Source: Macrostomum lignano (lineage: Eukaryota). Taken from it: 64,000 nt of DNA. The position numbers and the translations under genes are program-made. Location: positions 286,262 to 350,261 of the forward strand of contig NIVC01000219.1 in assembly GCA_002269645.1 (NCBI GenBank), written 5' to 3'. The notes under the pieces were generated by a model, which had not been told where the DNA came from, did not search any database, and saw nothing but the letters and a program-made list of their open reading frames with translations. Each line of letters begins with the position of its first letter. Within the stretch, counting starts at the first letter, position 1. Below are positions 24,601 to 33,600 of the stretch, in pieces.

Positions 24601-26023
24601 TTTTCTAAATACTCTTGGCTTTCGATATTCTTTATGCAATTTTACTGCATCTTCATAGCTAAGACCCTTACCATAAATTGTTAGACAGTCTATACAATTG
24701 TTGGGGTTGTGAGTATGAATGCCTAATCCAAACCGAACTTTAGCCTTGATAATACGCTTTACTAGATTTCGAATGAGTCTCTCTTTCACAGACAAGTCAC
24801 TGGTTGGAATAGCATCTAAATCAGCTATCATTTTTTCATCAGCTATATGCTTCTTTGCTAGAGCTTCCTCTGGATTTGAAGAAGTGTTTTCAGCATCTCT
24901 ATAGTTTTTGTCATGATAGTAAGCAGTCCAATCGATTGGGTTAATTGGTAGACTGTCATACCGAGGCCGGTCTGTAATTGGATTGAGTCTCTTGTCTAAA
25001 TTTGTACCGGGCAGTTGATCCTCAGTCTTTCGAAAGAGGCTGGACTTTATCTTAAGGCTTCATCAGGATTGACCAGATCCTTCAGCCCCACCCCCATTAA
25101 GTCTCTGAACCTTCTCCATATCCTTGTCAACTTCGTTCGGACTTAGGAGCTTGGCTGCGGATTTCCACCATGTCCTCAAGCTTGTTACCATCGAACCATA
25201 GGTTCGCGGACGAAGTCCGATTGGGAACAGGAATTACCTGTGTTCCTTCAGAAGATTTCTCAACTGAAGTGGTACTTGAGGCTGTTATTGACGTACTAGA
25301 ATCGGACGGAGTTCCCGCAATTTGAAGGTGTCGCCAATCACTAAGCACTTGTTTAATGTTGGTTATAATGTTTTTGTATTGATCACCATAAAGAAATTTC
25401 AATGCAAATTCTCCTGTTATAAGGGTGATTCCATTGTCTAGTAAAATATTCTTTGGTTCCTTTGTAGTTTGATTGATGCATACATAATACAACTGATAGG
25501 TGGGATAAGAATTTTTATAGTCTAATAGTTTCTGATAATTCCTTTCACGACTTGATGAATTGTCCGTGTTATCAGAAGATTTAAGCTCTAATGCAATCTT
25601 TCGCTCAACGTGAACCAGGTCTATCTTTTTTACCTTCTCGAATCCAAAATAATTTTCTGCTAATATTTCATATAGTCTGCCTAGTCTCATTTGAATAACT
25701 TTAATCTTGTGTGAAATTATTAACTCTTCTTGAAAAAGATCATGAAGAATTTGATCATGCCCAACCTTATCATCAATTGGTTTCAGAAGAATTTCTCGAA
25801 TTGTTTGCTCCATTTTTACTATAGAAACTTTAACAAGTGCTTATTTGATGACTAGCAAGGACATTGACTTCCTCACTCAGGCCACTACGTAACCTGCAAA
25901 AGAATACCCTGGAATATGAAATTCGCCAGGATATTTTCCAGTGGTGAAGATGGGTGGTAGTTTTGTTATAGCTGACTGAATATCTAAGGCATTTCCTAGA
26001 AATATTGGTTTACTGAAGGCCAT
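24600..26023 (-). CDS. Polinton/adintovirus-type phospholipase A2 (parvovirus VP1u-like). Exon 1 is 26023-25892; exon 2 starts at 25011 and runs into the integrase N-terminus
   Basis: Joined reading MAFSK...GEFHIPGYSFAG|PGTNLDKRL...PINPIDWTAYYHDKNY...ADEKMI...KAKVRFGLG contains the Ca-binding loop (Y..GPG) and the catalytic HD. Exon 2 is open from 25011 and in frame with ORF 24427-24831. Confidence 0.88.
25012..25891 (-). ncRNA. Group I self-splicing intron, subgroup IC1, 880 nt
   Basis: The 5' exon ends in U and the intron ends in G. P1 CAGGU/GCCUG has U.G at the splice site; P2.1 GCUAGUC/GAUUGGC; P3 CACCUUCA/UGGGGGUG. Conserved elements: P AAAUUGCGGGAA, Q AAUCCGCAGC, R GUUCAGAGACU, S CUUAAGAUAAAGUC. 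P6 CUCCUAAGUCC/GGAUAUGGAG. Removing it restores AG|PG in frame. Confidence 0.92.
25127..25813 (-). CDS. Intron-encoded PD-(D/E)xK restriction-endonuclease-like protein (putative homing endonuclease)
   Basis: Intact 228-aa ORF starting in the P2.1 loop, with IQMRLG.LYE, KIDL, IALELKS and DNTDNSSS motifs. The last ~75 codons overlap the ribozyme core. Confidence 0.72.
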   Translation of the reverse strand: MEQTIREILLKPIDDKVGHDQILHDLFQEELIISHKIKVIQMRLGRLYEILAENYFGFEKVKKIDLVHVERKIALELKSSDNTDNSSSRERNYQKLLDYKNSYPTYQLYYVCINQTTKEPKNILLDNGITLITGEFALKFLYGDQYKNIITNIKQVLSDWRHLQIAGTPSDSSTSITASSTTSVEKSSEGTQVIPVPNRTSSANLWFDGNKLEDMVEIRSQAPKSERS

Positions 26024-26138
26024 TTTATATATATAAAATTTACTATCGTTAAATTAGATGACACTTTCATATTGTATATACCTGAAATTGCATTAAATTG
26101 ACCCGAGGATCCAACTTTTCTCATGGTTTTAGAGCTGG

Positions 26139-26532
26139 AATCGTGAAAATTGCACTTTTTCAAAATTTTTGAAAATCACAAAAAATCGCTGTTTTCAGAC
26201 CATTTTCACCTGTTTTCAGTCATTTTTCACTTATTTTTAGTGATTTTCAAAATGAGTGAGGGCATGAGGGCGAGGGCACCCCCCCTTTTTAAAAGTATAA
26301 AAATTCCGGAAAATCTGTGTTCTGTGAAATATTCCACATGCCAATGCCCCCACATGCCCTCACCCTCAACACCCTCACCCACAGATATATGTATATTTAT
26401 TTATCACACACAATTGCAACCATCACCTCCTGGTAGTAGTAGTATGTTATAAGGGGCTGAGTCACCAGCGAGCTGGCGCGCAATGCGCCCGAGCAATAAG
26501 TGTGGCGCAGCCCCTTATAACATACTACTACT
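26139..26532 (-). repeat. Polinton right TIR with terminal hairpin
   Basis: Ends ...CATACTACTACT, followed by the TSD ATCATT. Confidence 0.9.
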
Positions 26533-27499
26533 ATCATTGATGATGTCAGCCTACCATGTAACGCAATTGGCCGTTGAATGTGACCATATCTCACACCTAT
26601 CGTTATATGAGTAGTTGTTTACATCTAGCTATCGTGAGTGGGTTCTAGATCTGTTAGAAATGGACTCCACGGGTATTAAATATGATTGATGCCATATCAG
26701 CTTTAAAGCTAGGAGCTTCCATTGAAGAGATTATATTTGGCGATTATTGTTCTGGGATGTTGGCCCTCAGTGTGTTTCTGCAAAGCGTGTAGAACAAAGT
26801 AAATTGAACTAAATACGGAAACAAACCATACGTTATATACTTCGAGTATTTGAACAGCTAGATAATGAGTTCACATTTCCAGGTTAGAAATTAAAGTTAA
26901 AATTTATTTTTAAACGAAGGTAATGGCATCAATAAGCTGGAAAAAAGAATACTAGCTATCCCGTATAAAACGAAATGGCCAGAAAACTGGCTGTGACCGT
27001 CCCACTTGTGACCGATGTCAGAATCGCTGGGGACTGTTTAATGAGACCATTTGTGTTCATGAAAATAAGGGTCGCATGTTACTGTCCACTGTGACCATGC
27101 TTTGTGAACTTTTTGGTCAGGGTCACACCGCTACCGTTTAACTGTGACCGTATTTATGACCATTTTGTTCAAGGTCAAAATTAGTAACAAGAAACTAATC
27201 TATATATTAAAACAAGCAGTTAAAACCCGTGTATTTTTAACCCGGGGAATTCCAATCCCCGGAACTATTTTTGCATGTATTCTGAAATCTGAGGTCATAC
27301 TTGTTATATACTTGTTAACAAAAACTTGTTAATAGTTAGTAGAATAGACGTAAAAATAAAATGGAGTACAATCGTGCAAAATAAGGATTTGAAGCAAACA
27401 GTTGAAATTGTTGGCTGGGGTGCTGCGGAGAATTTCGGGCTATGTCTGTCTGGCTCAAAAACATGTATTGGCAAACTCTGGCCCTTGGATCCTTTGAAA

Positions 27500-27908
27500 C
27501 TTTTATGTCCTGTGTTTCCTTTTTTCTTCTTTTTCCTCTCTCCTCTCTCCTCTCCTCTCCTCTCTCCCCTCTTCTCTTGTACCTTCCCTCATCTCTCTTC
27601 TCTTTCATCTTTATCTCATCTCATCTCTTCTCTCTTCTTTTCTCTCTCCTCTCCTCTTTCCTCTCTACTATTTTCCCTCTTCTCTCCTCTCTCCTCTCTC
27701 CCCTTCTTCTTTCGTCTCTTCCCTCACCTCTTCTCTCTCGTCTATGATTTCTCATCTCTCATTTCTCTTCTTTTATCATTTCTCTCTCTACTCTTCTCAT
27801 TTCTCTCTGCTCTCGTAGCTTTTTCTGTCTTGTTTCTCTGCTGTGTCAGCGCCTTCGAGATTAGAGCCTCTCCCTCTCATTCTCCCTCTCTCACTCTCAT
27901 TATCTCTC

Positions 27909-27939
<31 letters not shown>

Positions 27940-27940
27940 A
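27500..27940. repeat. CT-rich polypyrimidine low-complexity tract
   Basis: About 440 bp almost entirely C and T on the + strand. Confidence 0.9.
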
Positions 27941-28449
27941 ACAAAATACTTCAGGCTAAAGCAAATTAAGAGTTACTCAAGCGAATATGGGTCCCCCCTC
28001 CAAAGTCAATTGAGTACTTGCCCACAACGCTACTCGGTAGGACGAATCGAATGCAAACTGACGGTGCCATCGATCCAGCGGCTTGGACTCCTGCTGATTG
28101 TTTAGACTTTGGTAACACCGGTGGAGAAACAGGTTCGAATTCTCGTAGGAGATCAGACAGGCTGGCATCCGCCATCATTTCAGCCATTTTTTCCAGCGAC
28201 TGGAACAGGCCTGTGCGGTGGCTGCTGCTCGAGCGTGGCTTTTTCATTCGTCTCCTCCGGCTCCAACTCGTGCTCCTCAAAAAAAGCCGTGTCCAATTTT
28301 GGCGGAGAAAGCCTTGTCCAATTCTGGCGGAGCAACGAAATCAGCGGCAGCACCATCAACGTTATAGCTATGTACCGGCGTCTGAAGACCGAGAGCAACA
28401 GCCGCTGGAACGTCAACGCTTGCAGCTTGATGGTCAATGGTGGCATGTC

Positions 28450-29160
28450 CAAGAGCAGCAGCTGGACGGTCGATGCCGGCAGGTCCAGGAGCAGCAGCTG
28501 AATGGTCGATGCCGGCAGGTCCAGGAGCAGCAGCTGGATGGTCGATGCCGGCAGGTCCAGGAGCAGCAGCTGGATGGTCGATGCCGGCAGGTCCAGGAGC
28601 AGCAGCTGGATGGTCGATGCCGGCAGGTCCAGGAGCAGCAGCTGGACGGTCGATGCCGGCAGGTCCAGGAGCAGCAGCTGGGTAGTCGATGCCGGCAGGT
28701 CCAGGAGCAGCAGCTGGATGGTCGATGCCGGCAGGTCCAGGAGGGTCTATGAAATTTGCTTGCGAGAAGTTTGCTTGCCGAAGTTTGCTTGCGGGACTTT
28801 TGCTTGCGGAAATTTGCTTGCCGAAGTCTGCTTGCCGAATTTTGCTTGCGGAATTGAGCCAGGAGCAGCAGCTGGATGGTCGATGCCGGCAGGTCCAGGA
28901 GCAGCAGCTGGATGGTCGATGCCGGCAGGTCCAGGAGGGTCTATGAAATTTGCTTGCGAGAAGTTTGCTTGCCGAAGTTTGCTTGCGGACTTTTGCTTGC
29001 GGAAATTTGCTTGCCGAAGTCTGCTTGCCGAATTTTGCTTGCGGAATTGAGCCAGGAGCAGCAGCTGGATGGTCGATGCCGGCAGGTCCAGGAGCAGCAG
29101 CTGGATGGTCGATGCCGGCATTTCCAGGAGCAGCAGCAGCAGCAGCTGGATGGTCGACGC
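28450..29160. repeat. 36-bp GC-rich minisatellite with a nested 194-bp tandem duplication
   Basis: Unit CCAGGAGCAGCAGCTGGATGGTCGATGCCGGCAGGT. The block gagggtctatg occurs at 28741 and 28935. Confidence 0.9.
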
Positions 29161-30686
29161 TGGCAACATCAGCTGGATGCTGATATGCAGCAGCAAGTGC
29201 AGCGGAAATCAAATCAAAATTAGTACATATAGTTGAAATCATCGCAGATTGATTTCGCACACATTAAATCGTCTGGCTCAGGGTGCTGACCGGAGCTCGA
29301 TGACGCTCGATCATGTTGAGTTGCTCCTGGTGGTGGGCGGCCTCCAGTACAGTAAAGCGGGCTCGTAACTTTAAATTTAAATTTCTCATATGCAAATATT
29401 TAGCGTCTTATGTACCTACTTCAACCAAATCTATGTTAATAAAAACTGCCGCCATGTTTTCAGCTTTGCTATGTTTACAGTCAGCCACCCAATGTCAAAT
29501 GTGTCCTTACTAACACAGTCTGTTAGAGCTAAGATTTAGTTGGCTAATCTAACTTAGTACTTAGGAGCAGTGCTCAACTAAGACTCAATAGTTACTATAA
29601 CTAGTCATGAACTAATAGTCTGTCAGGCACACCGGGCCGATCTTACAAGACAATACTAAACTGGAGCACACAGTCCGGGCTGAGTTGCAAACTCGGGGCA
29701 ACCAGGAGAGCAGAAATTCAAATTGGTGCGTGCGGTATTTATATACCCGCAGAACAGTGCATTAAAACAACTGGTGGGCCTCTTGGCACAACGTTGCGGT
29801 ATCCTATTCGTTTTCGCGTGTGCATGAGTTCCCAGTGAATTAATTGCGCACGTTAGTATACTCACTTTAGTCATTAGTAATAAATAATAATTCGCGTAGT
29901 TAACGATGAATTTCAGGAGCCTTACCACAATTGTAGCACATTATTATCAATATGAGCACAATAGATTATCCTGAGGCTATAATATAACTTATAAAAATTA
30001 TTAGAGCACAACCTCGGTGGAAGTTGAGTTACTAATGTCTAATTTTAATTCCCGCAATTAAGTTAAGTCAAAACTGTCTCATCTGGTGATTAAACTGCTG
30101 GATAATTGATAATCAAAGGTCTAAGGCGGTTTGGGTTGGCTCTATAGCATACAGGGAAATATTATTTGGTCCAATAGCACCGGAACACGATTATGAGGCA
30201 AGCCGAGCGCGAGGAGGGAGAAGAAGAGCCTACACCAAAAAACACGAAACTCCCGCACCCAAAACCGCGCCAAAACTGACCCACTAAAACCTCCAAACCT
30301 ACTGCAAAACGTGGTAACCAAAATAGTAGAAAAGTAGATAAAATGATAGACAGAATTTTTCCTAGAACTGAACATAAAAGCGCTTTCCCCCTAACTCGAT
30401 ATTAATTACAAAAAATCAATTTAAGTACAATAAAAAACGGATAGAAACTAAAAATGTTATAGCATAATGACATCGTCACAACGAGTGTATTTATCAGATA
30501 CAAATCTTTCTCACGATGGATTAACTTGAGTAAGCAAAAAGTAGTTTATCAAGCCAATTGTTCATAGTCAGATAATGTGGGTAGAAGGATAATAAGTGAG
30601 AAGAGCGAGATAAAACTTTTTACCCACAGTCAGATTAAAATGGCAGGCAAAAGTACAATGAAATTGTGACTTAAAAGTAGAACTTA

Positions 30687-33600
30687 CTAGCAATCTACGC
30701 CCCCGTTGGGGAGCCAAAGAAATGCAATACACGTTTTTTTAATAAGCTACATGTATCCTTGAAATCTTAAAAAATCTTCTGTCAAACCTTGTAAGCCTTG
30801 ACATGTCAGTTATCCCCCCCCCACAAGCTTTAACATATCAACTTCCCCCCTTGACATCTCAGCAATGCCCCCAATAAGCCTTGGAAATCTAAAAATATCT
30901 GTCAACCTTCTAACCCTAACCCTAGCCTAACCCTAACCCTAACCCTAACCCTAACCCTAACCCTAACCTAACCCTAAAGCATTGAAATTTCAGTAATTCT
31001 CTCTAAGAGTCATTATAGCACTACTACAGCATTATAGCGATTCCCTGCAAGCCTCAACATCGTAGGGATTCCCAAATGAATCTCTTAACTTCGACATGAA
31101 GCTTCTTTTATTTTTTACATTACGCTTTTTTATCAGCGATCCCTACCCTGAGGAGGCATCAAATAATGTAATAAAAAGTTTTCAATAAACTACATGTAGC
31201 TTCTGACTTTAGCCTTGAAATCTCATTTATACCCCCGTGAGCCTTGACATCTCAGCTATTCCCCCCGTAAGCCTTGACATGTCAGCAATGGCCCCCATAA
31301 ACCTTGAAATCTAAAAAATCCCCTGTTAACCATGAAACCCGATAAAATATAACCCTCAACCCACACCTGACCTAAACCTAACTTTAACCCAACCTAAAGC
31401 CTTGAAATCTCAGCAATTCTTCTCCCCTAAGCCTTGACATTTTAGTGATTCCTTCTTTAAGAATAACAGCACTATAACGATTTCCACCAAGCTTTGACAT
31501 CGTAGCAATTCCCAAATGAATCTTTCAACTTCGACATGACTTTTATTTTATGTATACATAGTGCTACTTTTATTTTTTACATGACTCTTCTTCTATCAGC
31601 GCCCCCCCGTGACATGAACTTTGAAGTAGCTTCTGACTTTTGCTTTGACATCTCAGAAACCCCCCCGTAATCTCAGTTATTCTCTGAGAGCCTTTACGTC
31701 TCAGTTTTTCTCCCCAGCACAGCATTATAATTGCATTTAATTTTTACATGAACCCTTCATGTCTGACATGACGTTTCTTTTATTCTACCGTGACGCTTCT
31801 TAATTTTTTAAATGACACTTTCATTAGTTTTTAAATGAGGCTTCTATGATTTTTTCTTGACGCTTCTATGATTTTTACATGACGCTTCTATGATTTTTAT
31901 ATGACGCTTCTATGATTGTTTACATGACGCTTCTATGATTGTTTACATGACGCTTCTATGATTGTTTACATGACGCTTCAACGATTTTTTACATGACACT
32001 TCTATGATTGTTTACATGACGCTTCTATGATTTTTTACATGGCGCTTCTATGATTGTTTACATGACGCTTCTATGATTGTTTACATGACGCTTCTATGAT
32101 TGTTTACATGACGCTTCTACGATTTTTATATGACGCTTCTATGATTTTTTAAATGGCGCTTCTATGATTTTTTAATGACACTTCTATGATTTTTTACATG
32201 ACGCTTCTATGATTTTTTACATGACGCTTCTATGATTGTTTACATGACGCTTCTATGATTGTTTACATGACGTTTCTATGATTGTTTACATGACGCTTCT
32301 ATGATTGTTTACATAAAGCTTCTATGATTGTTTACATGACGCTTCTATGATTGTTTACATGACGCTTCTATGATTGTTTACATGACGCTTCTAAGATTTT
32401 TTACATGACGCTTCTACGATTTTTTACATGACGCTTCTATGATTGTTTACATGACGCTTCTATGATTTTTTAAATGACGCTTCTATGATTTTTATATGAC
32501 GCTTCTATGATTTTTTAATGACGCTTCTATGATTGTTTAAATGACGCTTCTATGATTGTTTACATGACGCTTCTATGATTGTTTACATGACGCTTCTATG
32601 ATTGTTTACATGACGCTTCTATGATTGTTTACATGACGCTTCTAAGATTTTTCACATGATGCTTCTACGATTTTTTACATGACGCTTCTATGATTGTTTA
32701 CATGACGCTTCTATGATTTTTTAAATGACGCTTCTATGATTTTTATATGACGCTTCTATGATTTTTTACATGACGCTTCTTTGATTGTTTACATGACGCT
32801 TCTACGATTTTTATATGACGCTTCTATGATTTTTTAAATGACGCTTTTATGATTTTTTAATGACGCTTCTATGATTTTTTAAATGACGCATCTATGATTT
32901 TTATATGACGCTTCTATGATTTTTTAAATGACGCTTCTATGATTGTTTACATGACGCTTCTATGATTTTTTACATGACTCTTCTATGATTTTTTAAATGA
33001 CGCTTCTATTATTTTTTAATGACGCTTCTATGATTGTTCTATGATCTTGCTTGCTTGCAATCGATTAGAGATAAAATGGCTGGACCGATTTTGTTCGAAC
33101 TTGCACTGTTCGATCAGAAATTTTCCCGTGACTGTACATGCATCGTGGCTAAGAAATTGTTCGATGCTAAAGGCATTAAATATTCGAAAAACATGCTTTT
33201 TTGCAAAGGTCAAGCAAACTTTTCGACTTGAAATGTATTGTAAGAATGCTAGACAAAAAACTGACTGGTTGAATTCTGATTCTGAAATAGATTGCATCAT
33301 AACTGAATTGTAACTCCGACTTGAATTGAAAATGCAGTGTGGAAGCGTAGCACCAGACTTGATTTAAATTGCGTAACCATATTGTTAACTGATACTGACT
33401 GACTGAGAAACTGATTATGTCATAACTGCTTCGTGTGATTTACTCTATGCTTGGATTTTCAAGTGTTGAATTATATAAGTGCAAATTTTGATGTTATCAA
33501 AACGATGAGAGCTAGCCTAGAGGTAAACAGACTGAACTGCTAAATGCAGCGACGATGGTTCAAATTTTCATAAAGTATAATTTTTTTAATTAAAGCTTTT

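Larger units (their letters stand above)
20727..26532. mobile_element. Deleted Polinton/Maverick element
   Basis: Inverted termini starting AGTAGT, ~390-bp TIRs (20727-21119 and 26139-26532), a perfect 6-bp TSD ATCATT (20721-20726 and 26533-26538), and a Polinton-type integrase plus PLA2 gene inside. Confidence 0.92.

Noticed and set aside
25012-25893. Spliceosomal-intron explanation for the PLA2 interruption (GCAG|GTTACG looks like a donor)
   Set aside because: There is no AG at the required position, and the nearest AG gives the wrong frame. Group I boundaries restore AG|PG exactly, and the ribozyme core is present.
27326-28105. Hydrophobic 259-aa ORF resembling a membrane protein
   Set aside because: It is the translation of a CT-rich low-complexity tract.
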